A program made the position numbers and the translations under genes. Source: a virus (taxonomy: Duplodnaviria > Caudoviricetes). Taken from it: a stretch of DNA of 64,000 nt. The notes below the pieces were generated by a model. The model was not told where the DNA came from. It saw only the letters and a program-made list of their open reading frames with translations, and did no database searches. Of this stretch, positions 54,539-62,744 are shown piece after piece. The first letter of the stretch is position 1. The number at the start of each line of letters is the position of its first letter. The stretch lies in IMG/VR virus record IMGVR_UViG_3300021400_001692, positions 14,815 through 78,814 of that record; one strand, given 5' to 3'.

Positions 54539-55213
54539 ATGTCACTTCGCGAGTCCTTGTTTCATAAGCTTGCCGAAGACATAGACAGCAACTACTTTGC
54601 CGAGCTGGTAGGCAATGCCCAGGCTGCGAAGAAGGCGCTGGGCAAGGCCGTCACAGATGTGGCGAAGCTGGACTTCTCCGACGCAAAGGACAAGCTGAAG
54701 TCCGCCATAGAGCACGGCAAGCGGGGCCTTACTGGGAATACCTACGAGAGCTCGCTTGCAGACCTGGTGAAGCGCATGGCCGACAAAAGGCGCAAGCCTG
54801 CCGGAAAGACATACTACGGCGATGTTGAAGAGCAGCTTGCCAATGCCATGCGCAGCGAGCAGGGCGTTTCAGCTACCGGCACGGGCAGGCTGTACTTCGA
54901 CGACGCCTCTACGAGCCATACGGGCGACCGCCATGTTGCCGCTGCCGGAACGCAGTCCCTGGTAAGCGAGGAGGCTATGCGGAACCTCCTGGGCAACATT
55001 GCTGCGCATGCCCAGGCAGGCACGCTGAAGCACAGCCTCACCAGGAGGCACAAGCCTCTTATGGCATGGGTGCAGAATGAGGACACGCTGCCTGGCGACT
55101 ACGTTGACTTTGCCGCGCTGTCTGCTCAGAAGGACGGAGACTTCAGGACGGTTACTGCATTTCCAAGGACGCTGGACAGCGTATTGAAGCTCCGTGAAAG
55201 CAATAACATTTAA
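54539..55213 (+). CDS. Hypothetical protein, possible polymorphic toxin-like C-terminus
   Basis: MSLRESLFHKLAED; ends ...KDGDFRTVTAFP, a terminal strand pattern also seen in some toxin/RNase domains (weak). Confidence 0.6.
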   Translation: MSLRESLFHKLAEDIDSNYFAELVGNAQAAKKALGKAVTDVAKLDFSDAKDKLKSAIEHGKRGLTGNTYESSLADLVKRMADKRRKPAGKTYYGDVEEQLANAMRSEQGVSATGTGRLYFDDASTSHTGDRHVAAAGTQSLVSEEAMRNLLGNIAAHAQAGTLKHSLTRRHKPLMAWVQNEDTLPGDYVDFAALSAQKDGDFRTVTAFPRTLDSVLKLRESNNI

Positions 55214-55679
55214 AACGACCTCCGCCAAGTGGGATGACATGCTTGCCCGGCATGCGAAGCTGAACCTTTTTGCTGATGCCAGCAATATGGTTGCGCCTGG
55301 CGTTACCTGGGGCAAAGTGAAGGACGACTGCGCGAAGCTTGAGCTGAAGGACAAGCTTGAATACGTGAACAAGCTCTGGAACCGCAAGCGCTACGTATCC
55401 GACAAGATGAACTTCAAGAAGGGCGACTACTGGCAGACGCCGTACCAGTTTTCACGGCTCGGAGGCGACTGCGAGGACTTTGCAATAGCCAAGCTGCTTA
55501 CCCTCCGGGAACTTGGCATTGAAGGCAGGATGCTTGTGGTGCGCCGCAACGGCAAGGAGCACGCCGTATGCGCTGCGGAAGGCTGGGTGCTGGATAACGA
55601 TCTGTGCCAGGAAGCGGAATACGAATGCAAGCTGCTGGCGTCCTACGATTCAGGCGGGGCGCACGTTCACATAGGCTAA
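55194..55679 (+). CDS. Transglutaminase-like cysteine proteinase (BTLCP/LapG-like)
   Basis: DYWQTP, GGDCEDFAIAK, HAVC, WVLDN catalytic triad pattern; start uncertain (55194 or 55239). Confidence 0.85.
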   Translation: MKAITFKTTSAKWDDMLARHAKLNLFADASNMVAPGVTWGKVKDDCAKLELKDKLEYVNKLWNRKRYVSDKMNFKKGDYWQTPYQFSRLGGDCEDFAIAKLLTLRELGIEGRMLVVRRNGKEHAVCAAEGWVLDNDLCQEAEYECKLLASYDSGGAHVHIG

Positions 55680-55684
55680 AAAAT

Positions 55685-55712
55685 AGGGGCCCGGCATTGC
55701 TGCTAGGCCCCT
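55685..55712. terminator. Terminator between convergent blocks
   Basis: AGGGGCC...GGCCCCT preceded by GCTAAAAAA. Confidence 0.7.
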
Positions 55713-55717
55713 TTATG

Positions 55718-56008
55718 TTACTTGCTGTTTTCGTACATCGCCCACATGATGTTGTAGGCGGCACGGATTATCGCGTCCTCAAGCTTATCCCATGCACTGG
55801 CCGTGGTATGGGACACATGGCTGTCCGTGGTGAACAACACAACGTAGTAGCGCTCCTGCACATCGCGGTCCCATTTCGGTTCAATGGAAAACCTGAACCC
55901 ATCGTAGGTCATGCCATGAATCACGTCCTCGGCGGTGCGCATTTCCGGGGTTTCGTCGCTGTGAAGATGACTCTCTAAATACTTCAGCATCTCTTCCTTG
56001 CTAATCAT
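55718..56008 (-). CDS. Early protein, possible phage ABA-sandwich domain
   Basis: VIHGM...GFRFSI...YYVVLF...LEDAIIRAAY; similar to next gene. Confidence 0.55.
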   Translation of the reverse strand: MISKEEMLKYLESHLHSDETPEMRTAEDVIHGMTYDGFRFSIEPKWDRDVQERYYVVLFTTDSHVSHTTASAWDKLEDAIIRAAYNIMWAMYENSK

Positions 56009-56300
56009 CGTTGCCTCCTGCAAAGAGTTCGTCGTAGGCCGCCTCTATGACGGCGTTATGCACCTGGTCAATCTGGCCCACGAAGTATGAGGTCCTGGTG
56101 TGCCCAGGCTGCTCAAACGTCACCGAGAAGCCTCCTTCCTTGCCGCGCTTGAAATGAAAGTCCCAGCCCTTCTCCACCATGACCATGATGATGGCATAGG
56201 GGTCGAAAGCGTGGTCAAGGCCAAGCTTGTCTTCCACTGCAAGGCACTTCTCGTCGACAGTGCCCTTAGCGCGGATGCGCGCCGCTGTGAATGTGTCCAT
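56001..56300 (-). CDS. Early protein, possible phage ABA-sandwich domain
   Basis: IIMVMVEKGWDFHF...FSVTF...VHNAVIEAAY; AGGAG RBS. Confidence 0.55.
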   Translation of the reverse strand: MDTFTAARIRAKGTVDEKCLAVEDKLGLDHAFDPYAIIMVMVEKGWDFHFKRGKEGGFSVTFEQPGHTRTSYFVGQIDQVHNAVIEAAYDELFAGGNDD

Positions 56301-56311
56301 ATTGCTGTCTC

Positions 56312-56524
56312 CTATTCGTCGATAGAGATGTAGTCGCCATTTTCTCCGTGACACATCGTGCTTATCAAATCCTGTTCCTCGAACTGCGCCTCGTTCCACA
56401 AGTCGTCGTATTCGCCATTCTGATCCTTTGTGACGGCCTCCTGCATGTCGTCCGCCTCAACAACGATGGTCTTGTTTGCATACCACTGCTTTTCGATTGT
56501 GAAAAACATTTGACTTGCCCCCAT
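56312..56524 (-). CDS. Small acidic protein, VEAxSxEEA family (DpnD/PcfM-like)
   Basis: FTIEKQW..KTIVVEADDMQEAV. Confidence 0.65.
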   Translation of the reverse strand: MGASQMFFTIEKQWYANKTIVVEADDMQEAVTKDQNGEYDDLWNEAQFEEQDLISTMCHGENGDYISIDE

Positions 56525-56608
56525 AACGTAAAATCCCCGTAAGGCGCTTGGCCTTGCGGGGCGTGTTTAACTTGAAAAATGTTGTGGATTGCGCTAGTTA
56601 ACCTGCGC

Positions 56609-56815
56609 CTAATAGTCCAGCTCAAAAGACGCTACCTCTGCCTTGTCGTACTCATCGTAAACGTCACAATAGCAGATGCACGGTGCGTCCCAAGCGTACT
56701 CATCCGGGACGAGCTTACCGCTCTTCACGAGCTCTTCCAATTCTTCCAGCGAATTAGCCTCAGCCTCCACCGTAGCCTCTTCGGTACGGTGGAAGTGCAA
56801 TGTGTACCTTGCCAT
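56609..56815 (-). CDS. Small acidic protein, VEAxSxEEA family
   Basis: YTLHF...EATVEAEANSLEELEE. Confidence 0.65.
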   Translation of the reverse strand: MARYTLHFHRTEEATVEAEANSLEELEELVKSGKLVPDEYAWDAPCICYCDVYDEYDKAEVASFELDY

Positions 56816-56816
56816 G

Positions 56817-57011
56817 CTAGTTCTCCATGCAGCTAACTACGCCAGTGCTTGTGTTCACAGCCTTGATGTAGTCAATGCTTGTGCAGTGCTCAGGCCAGAT
56901 GTCATCTGCCTTCGACTCGGCCCTGCGCAAGGCCTCTTCTGCATCCTCAGCCTCGATCGTGCCAAGCGGATACTCTCCGCTGTACACGACGTACAATTCG
57001 TATTTAGGCAT
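56817..57011 (-). CDS. Small acidic protein, VEAxSxEEA family
   Basis: KYELYVVY...LGTIEAEDAEEALRRA; GGAGGAG RBS. Confidence 0.65.
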   Translation of the reverse strand: MPKYELYVVYSGEYPLGTIEAEDAEEALRRAESKADDIWPEHCTSIDYIKAVNTSTGVVSCMEN

Positions 57012-57019
57012 TGCTCCTC

Positions 57020-57415
57020 CTAGTCCAACAGCCAATTCACCTTAGCTGCGTCTTCTTCCGAAAAGTTCTCAAACATCCAGTCGCGCAGGGCATAATACCT
57101 GTCCGCGAACCAGTCAGATTCGTCCATGCACTCCTGCTCATAGCGCGTCCAGCACATGTAGTTCAGGTACATGAGCGTTGCCGCCATGCCCAGAACCTTG
57201 GCAGATGCGTCGCATTCGTACACGGCAGCCGGGTTCGTGCAATGGAATGTTTTGTCCGTGTCCGGGTATCCGTAGCCGATGTCGCCATCGGCTTCGAACT
57301 TCCACATCCCGCCGTGGTAGTCCGGCGAGATGTGCCCAGCGCAGTTAAACAGCGGCGTATCAAGGATACTCCGCATGTATTTCTCTACGAATTCTTCTGG
57401 GGTTATTTCACGCAT
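57020..57415 (-). CDS. ArdB/KlcA-like antirestriction protein
   Basis: ISPDYHGGMWKF, LGMAATLMYLN, RYYALRDW, VNWLLD match the ArdB/KlcA family pattern. Confidence 0.75.
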   Translation of the reverse strand: MREITPEEFVEKYMRSILDTPLFNCAGHISPDYHGGMWKFEADGDIGYGYPDTDKTFHCTNPAAVYECDASAKVLGMAATLMYLNYMCWTRYEQECMDESDWFADRYYALRDWMFENFSEEDAAKVNWLLD

Positions 57416-57611
57416 ACAAATCCTCCACGTCAAAGTCGCCATTTTCGCCTTCGACGGAGTAGTCATAGGGCGTATGATACTGCGGCGTCTTTTCGACCGG
57501 GCAGTTCTCGACAAGCTTGTAAGCCTTGTCCATTGCTTCAGACAATGAGCTAGCCTCAACCTTGCCGAGATCCGCCTCGGCGATGTACCTATATGTTACG
57601 GCATACTTCAT
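57408..57611 (-). CDS. Small acidic protein, VEAxSxEEA family
   Basis: KYAVTYRY...LGKVEASSLSEAMDKA. Confidence 0.65.
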   Translation of the reverse strand: MKYAVTYRYIAEADLGKVEASSLSEAMDKAYKLVENCPVEKTPQYHTPYDYSVEGENGDFDVEDLYA

Positions 57612-57937
57612 TCTGGCTCCTTCCCGTTCGCCCACTGCCATACCGGCTGCATCCAGCCGTTCAGGCCAGGCACGTCGGCGTGCCCCATGACGTCACTGTC
57701 CCACTGCTCGCCAATACGGATGTACTGGTAGTCGTATGGATCCAGCTCTTCCAGGGCGTAGGCGATGTTATCCGGCCAGTGGTTCCAGCCCTCCCACAAG
57801 AACAGCTCGCCCTTGTCGTTCCTGTAGTGCCTGGAATACCCATTGAGAATGGCCTTGCCTTCATGGTCGAGGGCCTTCCTCAATTCCTTTGTGCCCTTCT
57901 TCGTGAGGAGAAGGGCTACGTCGCTGTAGTAGCTCAT
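57608..57937 (-). CDS. Hypothetical early protein; paralogue of 58450-58806
   Basis: SDVALLLTKKG.KEL vs GDLALAITKDGFNEL; LFLWEGWN vs LFYWVDVD. Confidence 0.65.
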   Translation of the reverse strand: MSYYSDVALLLTKKGTKELRKALDHEGKAILNGYSRHYRNDKGELFLWEGWNHWPDNIAYALEELDPYDYQYIRIGEQWDSDVMGHADVPGLNGWMQPVWQWANGKEPE

Positions 57938-57938
57938 C

Positions 57939-58211
57939 TTACCTCCGGTCTCCGTCCGTGTACCACCACTCATCAACTGACAAGTAGCCGTCCTTCAGTG
58001 GCAAAGGGTGGTCGGTCACCAGCGTGCCGGCGTGGTTCACAACCACGCGCGGCTCAATGGTTACAGGCGTAACCCAGTCTTCGTCACCGTGACGGCAGTC
58101 ATAGATGTACCTCCCGTCTGGCAGGCGGTCGCCGTGCTTGATACGCAATTCAGAGAACATTCCCTGAAACGTGCCTTCCGGGGTTTCAAACTCGACATAC
58201 TCCCAAGTCAT
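57939..58211 (-). CDS. LPD28-like domain protein
   Basis: MFSELRI...PDGRYIYDCRHGDED..PVTIEPRVVVNHAGTLVT. Confidence 0.7.
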   Translation of the reverse strand: MTWEYVEFETPEGTFQGMFSELRIKHGDRLPDGRYIYDCRHGDEDWVTPVTIEPRVVVNHAGTLVTDHPLPLKDGYLSVDEWWYTDGDRR

Positions 58212-58453
58212 CGCCACTCCTCCCAATCGTTAAACTTTCCGTCTGGGCCGTCCGCCCCAATCTCAAGCATGGTGTCTTCCAAGGACAGATTGCGAGCAAT
58301 CTCGCAAGTTTCGTCCCAGGCCTTGTCTCCGTGCTTCTCAATCATTTTCTCCTTGAAAATGCGCACGGCTTCCTCAGGACTCTCCGCCTTAATGCCCAGG
58401 ATGCCCCAGGCATTGTATGTGAGGCAGAGCTTTATTTTGTACAGTTGACTCAT
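58208..58453 (-). CDS. Small acidic protein, VEAxSxEEA family
   Basis: LYKIKLCL...GILGIKAESPEEAVRIF. Confidence 0.6.
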   Translation of the reverse strand: MSQLYKIKLCLTYNAWGILGIKAESPEEAVRIFKEKMIEKHGDKAWDETCEIARNLSLEDTMLEIGADGPDGKFNDWEEWR

Positions 58454-58806
58454 GCGTCCTCCTTGCCCATGAAGGTGATTGTTCTCATCCAGCCCAGGCT
58501 CCACGGGTTGTTCACCCATGAGCCATAAGCCAAGACAGGCGTATCGTCTTCGTGCGGAACGAAGAACGCGTGCAGCTGATCCCCCTTGCCCTGCAGCTCG
58601 AGATACTTCATCGCCACGAACAACACTTCAAGGTCGGAACTATCCACGTCAACCCAGTAGAACAAGGCATGGCTCTCAACCACCTGGTGCTGAGCGTGGT
58701 CAATAAAAGGAATTGCCAGCTCAGCTGATACACCCTTGCCCTCAGCCCACTTGAACAATTCATTGAAGCCATCTTTCGTGATGGCCAATGCCAAATCGCC
58801 TATCAT
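58450..58806 (-). CDS. Hypothetical early protein
   Basis: 118 aa; paralogue of 57608-57937. Confidence 0.65.
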   Translation of the reverse strand: MIGDLALAITKDGFNELFKWAEGKGVSAELAIPFIDHAQHQVVESHALFYWVDVDSSDLEVLFVAMKYLELQGKGDQLHAFFVPHEDDTPVLAYGSWVNNPWSLGWMRTITFMGKEDA

Positions 58807-59072
58807 TCGTATCTCCTCACCTTTTCCAAAGTTTCACGATCAAAAACGTACCTATTAGTGAAGTCTTCGTCTGCCGAGTCGCCCCATACCAGGAGCTCAA
58901 AGTCTTTCGTGCCGTCAACGGCGCGCAGGCAGGCGATGTCCTGATAGTCATCGTATCCGTCTGGCTTGAGGCTCAGGAATACCTGGTCGTGATTTCCGCC
59001 AGTTTCTTTCTTCAGTTCCAGGTCGGCGGCGATAATGCCTGCCGGCGTTTTCAATTCAAACCTTTCGCCCAT
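58803..59072 (-). CDS. Hypothetical early protein
   Basis: 89 aa, acidic; GGAG RBS. Confidence 0.65.
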   Translation of the reverse strand: MGERFELKTPAGIIAADLELKKETGGNHDQVFLSLKPDGYDDYQDIACLRAVDGTKDFELLVWGDSADEDFTNRYVFDRETLEKVRRYE

Positions 59073-59274
59073 TGTTCCACTCCAAAACACAGATGCTCTC
59101 ATCGAACGCGTTCTCATCCTCAAGTACTTTGACCCAGGCCGCGTCCGTGGCCTCCTGGATTTCGTAGCCGTACTCATTGTTGAGCAGACGTTCGCGCACC
59201 TGCTCTTCATTCCTGGCCTCCACCTCAAACTTGACGGGCGGCAGCGTCACGATCACCCTGTACTTCTTTTCCAT
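59056..59274 (-). CDS. Small acidic protein, VEAxSxEEA family
   Basis: KYRVIVTL..VKFEVEARNEEQV. Confidence 0.65.
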   Translation of the reverse strand: MEKKYRVIVTLPPVKFEVEARNEEQVRERLLNNEYGYEIQEATDAAWVKVLEDENAFDESICVLEWNNGRKV

Positions 59275-59275
59275 C

Positions 59276-59455
59276 TTAGAAACTCTCCCATTCTCCGCCT
59301 TTCACGCGGATTTCCAGAGGGACTTTACTGCTGTCCCAGCCTTCTTCTTCCTCACGCCACTTATCCCTGCCTTTTTCACAGGCATCGTCGAGGCTGTCCG
59401 CCTCGACCTCAAGCTCGCACACGTCCGAGTAGACTACTTCCAAAGTGCAGATCAT
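59276..59455 (-). CDS. Small acidic protein, VEAxSxEEA family
   Basis: CTLEVVY...ELEVEADSLDDACEK; GGAGG RBS. Confidence 0.65.
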   Translation of the reverse strand: MICTLEVVYSDVCELEVEADSLDDACEKGRDKWREEEEGWDSSKVPLEIRVKGGEWESF

Positions 59456-59508
59456 AAAGCCTCCGTAAAAAATATGGGGCCGGCGCAAAGCGCCAGCCCC
59501 AGGTTATG

Positions 59509-60180
59509 CTATGCCCGGCCATGCAAGTTGGCGATTACCAGTGGAATAATGTCCCTGGCAAACGCCTTTGCGTCAGTCGTCCCAATGTCCTCAAGCGGTA
59601 CGTCCGCCTCCGTCCGGTATTCAACAGGATTCGGCTCGACGTCCGGCAACCCGGCATCCAGCAAGGTGTCGCGCCCGTAGCCGTAGTCCGTGTTCAGGCA
59701 GGACAGGAAACGCACCTTGCCATCCTTCTGGGTGCAGCGCACCTTGAAGAAGTAACAGGTGTCCCCTCTTTCCCGCCAGTCCCGCACAAACTCTTCATAG
59801 CGGGCTACGCCGACCTCGTCGTCAATGTTGCACGGGCGGTACCCATACATGTCGTAGAAGTCAGAGTCGCAGGCCTCCATCTGTACTTCGAGCAAGCGCT
59901 GGATCTCAACGGGCGCCTTGTCGTTGTCGTAGGCGTATGAGAGCGGCGCGATAATCACCACCTCGCAGCCTCCGTCCGTGTATGGCCTGTACCCTGAGCC
60001 GGGAATTCCGGATACCACGTCTAGGAACGTGCCGTCGCCAGCCACGAGATCCTTGTATTCGGACATTACGGCTTCGGCGACTTCCTTGACAACTGCCTCC
60101 ATGAACTTCCTCGTATCGAAGTCCACAAGAGGAGCCTTGCGCTCGAACTCCGCGTTAAACAGGCGGCTTTTCCTTACCAT
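59509..60180 (-). CDS. Hypothetical acidic early protein (223 aa)
   Basis: Long ORF in early operon. Confidence 0.7.
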   Translation of the reverse strand: MVRKSRLFNAEFERKAPLVDFDTRKFMEAVVKEVAEAVMSEYKDLVAGDGTFLDVVSGIPGSGYRPYTDGGCEVVIIAPLSYAYDNDKAPVEIQRLLEVQMEACDSDFYDMYGYRPCNIDDEVGVARYEEFVRDWRERGDTCYFFKVRCTQKDGKVRFLSCLNTDYGYGRDTLLDAGLPDVEPNPVEYRTEADVPLEDIGTTDAKAFARDIIPLVIANLHGRA

Positions 60181-60302
60181 GCCTCTTCTCCGCTGAAGTA
60201 TTCATCCATGGTTTCCCATGCTTCCTGGAGGTTGGCGTCGTAGTTGTCTTCCATTTCCGCGATGGCCTTGTAGGCGTCATCATAAGATTCGATGATAGGC
60301 AT
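60174..60302 (-). CDS. Very acidic 42 aa protein missed by ORF track
   Basis: GAGGAG RBS; MPIIESYDDAYKAIAEMEDNYDANLQEAWETMDEYFSGEEAW. Confidence 0.65.
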   Translation of the reverse strand: MPIIESYDDAYKAIAEMEDNYDANLQEAWETMDEYFSGEEAW

Positions 60303-60307
60303 ATAGA

Positions 60308-60805
60308 TTACTCCTCATGGTTTGAGTTCATGGTTTTATTGAACTCGTTTTCAAGCAATTCAACGGCGGCCTCCGCCTCTTCCACGGCGGCATCCTCTCC
60401 ATAGAAGCTCCAGCAGGAATCCACAACGTCATCCGTGATGGCGTCTTCAATCACATACCCCCACGTATCGCCGGAAAGGTATTGATTATACACCTCAATC
60501 TCGGAATCCAATTCCTGCGTGGCCGACTCCGCATCGGGAAACCTTGTCATCGGGCATATCGCGTAGCCGACAAGCCCGCTGTCCCACGGGTCGTTAAAGG
60601 GTTTACGGGAAATCACGTCGCCGCTGTGCCTGTACAGGTAAAGCGGCTCCATGAACATGCCCTTGCCGTCCGGCAACGGATCGTCGCGCTTGCAGTTCTT
60701 CTCCGTGTCCAGACACGTTGTCACGAAGGTCCATGCATGCTTGACCGACCGCGGATTCGCCGGCTCGTCATCGCGAACAATCTTAAACCTATACCTGTTC
60801 GTCAT
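60308..60805 (-). CDS. Conserved-type phage early hypothetical protein
   Basis: PLYLYRHSG..IS..PF.DPWDSGLVG...YNQYLSGDTWGY...DSCWSFYG pattern. Confidence 0.7.
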   Translation of the reverse strand: MTNRYRFKIVRDDEPANPRSVKHAWTFVTTCLDTEKNCKRDDPLPDGKGMFMEPLYLYRHSGDVISRKPFNDPWDSGLVGYAICPMTRFPDAESATQELDSEIEVYNQYLSGDTWGYVIEDAITDDVVDSCWSFYGEDAAVEEAEAAVELLENEFNKTMNSNHEE

Positions 60806-61046
60806 CCTCTTCATCCTTATCTGCGTTGAACAGCAGGTTACGGACATCGTCCATCGCCTCCGTGTACGCCGTGAAGAAGTCTCTTCCGCGGCCGACGTGG
60901 CAATAGCCGGTATCCTCGTTAAACAAAGTCACCTTCACGGCAGGAACCCTCTCACCGCCAACCACCTGATAAATGTGGGGATCCACCACGATGGTGTACC
61001 CCTCGCGCAGCAGTGCGCTGAAATCAAACTCCATATGCACCTCCAT
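60789..61046 (-). CDS. Hypothetical early protein, first gene of early operon
   Basis: 85 aa; TGTTATAAG promoter at ~61068-61076. Confidence 0.65.
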   Translation of the reverse strand: MEVHMEFDFSALLREGYTIVVDPHIYQVVGGERVPAVKVTLFNEDTGYCHVGRGRDFFTAYTEAMDDVRNLLFNADKDEEDDEQV

Positions 61047-61067
61047 GTGCTTTTAAGTTTGCGCAAG

Positions 61068-61076
61068 CTTATAACA
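61068..61076 (-). promoter_or_regulatory. Putative extended -10 early promoter
   Basis: TGTTATAAG. Confidence 0.6.
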
Positions 61077-61128
61077 AAAGTTCACCTTAAAACTGAAAAG
61101 GCGGGTGGCGCCTCGGCAATATTCAGGC

Positions 61129-62709
61129 ATGGAAAAGATACAGACTTCGCAAAAGGTTTCAGACGTAGCGCAAACGCTGCTCACGCTTTTTGGTGAGCCG
61201 TACTCGCTTAAAGATTATCCAATGTTCACGGACATATACAATTCGTCTGCAAGGCGGCGCATCATGCGCGCAGGACGACAGGTGTCCAAAACGGTAACCC
61301 TCGCAGGCGACATGGTTGTCAATGCGGCAATCAAGCCGTACACCATAAGCATATACTGCAACGCCTCTGCTACGCAGACGGCGGCGTTCTCCAACTCAAA
61401 GCTGCGCGCCTTCCTGCTGCAAAGCCCGAACGTCTATCAGAACCTCATGCTGGGCAAGGGCGTCATTGACAACGTATACAACAAAATACTCTCCAACTAC
61501 TCGGAAATATTCATGTCCTATTTTTCCGAGGACGCGGACCGCATACGCGGCAAGTCCGGCAACCGCATGTACCTGGACGAAGTGCAGGACATGCTGTACT
61601 CGGCCATGATCGACGCCGAGGAATGCCTTTCCGCAGCGCGCGACCCGAAGTTTGTCTATGCCGGAACATCGAAAAGCGAGATAACGCCGCTGGAATACAT
61701 CTGGGGAATGTCGTCGCAGAAGGCGTGGGTAATACGGTGCAGCGGCTGCGGAATGTGGAACATCCCGGACAAGAAATGCATCGGCAAGCACGGCCTTATC
61801 TGCAAGAAGTGCGGAAAGCCCTTGAACACGTACGAGGGCCGGTGGCACGCCATGCGCAAGCCTGCCGACGGAAAGGAACCGTACGCCGACGGCTACTGGA
61901 TACCGCAGATAATAATGCCTATGCACTGCTGCAACGAGATGAAGTGGGAAAACCTGCTGTCAAAGCTGGAGACGTACCCGGACATCAAGTTTGACAACGA
62001 AGTGATGGGGCTGCCCAACGGTGAAGGCGAATCGCCCATCACGGAAGAGCTGCTGCGCAAGAACTGCATAGACAGCCTGCCGAAGCTGGACCACCTCGCC
62101 CCAATAAACAACGGCGGCGCACGGTTTATTGCGGCTGGGATAGACTGGGGCGGCGGAGGAATGAGCGGCCTGTCCAGGACAGTGCTTACTATTTATGCGG
62201 TTAACGCCAATGATTTCACAATCATATATGCTAAAATATATGACAACGGCGAACCTACCGCGCACGTTAAGGACATTGCCAGGCTGCTGGCGCAGTTTCA
62301 CGTAAACATGTGCTTTGGCGACCACGGCGGAGGAAACTTCGCCATGAGCCAGCTGCGCGAGATAACCCCGATAAGCACGCGCATTGTGCCGGTTATGTAC
62401 ACAGCTGCAGCCGCTCCCTGCACATGGGATGAGCGCGCCCAGCGCTACACCGTGAACCGCACGACCATGATCGACGACTTTTTCGGAGACTGGATAAAGG
62501 GGCGCGTCAAGGCTTTCCGCTGGGAAGAATTCAAGCCTTTTGCTTCCGACATGCTCAATGTGAAGCAGGTGATAATAGGAGAGGACCACGGGCATGGGCA
62601 GCGCGTATGGCGGCACAAGCCTGACGCCCCGGACGATTCCCTGCACAGCATGGTGTTCGGCTGGCTGGCATGCCGCGTGCTTGTTGCCGACATGCGCTTC
62701 ACCGTATAG
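61129..62709 (+). CDS. terL: Terminase large subunit (gpA-like, Zn-finger insert)
   Basis: MRAGRQVSKT (Walker A), YLDEVQD (Walker B), AGTSK, CSGC...CKKC, AGIDWGG, GDHGGG, PDDSLHS nuclease motifs; GCAATATTCA just upstream. Confidence 0.9.
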   Translation: MEKIQTSQKVSDVAQTLLTLFGEPYSLKDYPMFTDIYNSSARRRIMRAGRQVSKTVTLAGDMVVNAAIKPYTISIYCNASATQTAAFSNSKLRAFLLQSPNVYQNLMLGKGVIDNVYNKILSNYSEIFMSYFSEDADRIRGKSGNRMYLDEVQDMLYSAMIDAEECLSAARDPKFVYAGTSKSEITPLEYIWGMSSQKAWVIRCSGCGMWNIPDKKCIGKHGLICKKCGKPLNTYEGRWHAMRKPADGKEPYADGYWIPQIIMPMHCCNEMKWENLLSKLETYPDIKFDNEVMGLPNGEGESPITEELLRKNCIDSLPKLDHLAPINNGGARFIAAGIDWGGGGMSGLSRTVLTIYAVNANDFTIIYAKIYDNGEPTAHVKDIARLLAQFHVNMCFGDHGGGNFAMSQLREITPISTRIVPVMYTAAAAPCTWDERAQRYTVNRTTMIDDFFGDWIKGRVKAFRWEEFKPFASDMLNVKQVIIGEDHGHGQRVWRHKPDAPDDSLHSMVFGWLACRVLVADMRFTV

Positions 62710-62716
62710 CTAAAAA

Positions 62717-62744
62717 AGAGGGGGCGACTAATGTCACCCCCTCT
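62717..62744. terminator. Terminator ending the array transcript (and terL)
   Basis: AGAGGGGGCGAC-TAAT-GTCACCCCCTCT with GCTAAAAAA on the left (U tract for - strand). Confidence 0.8.
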
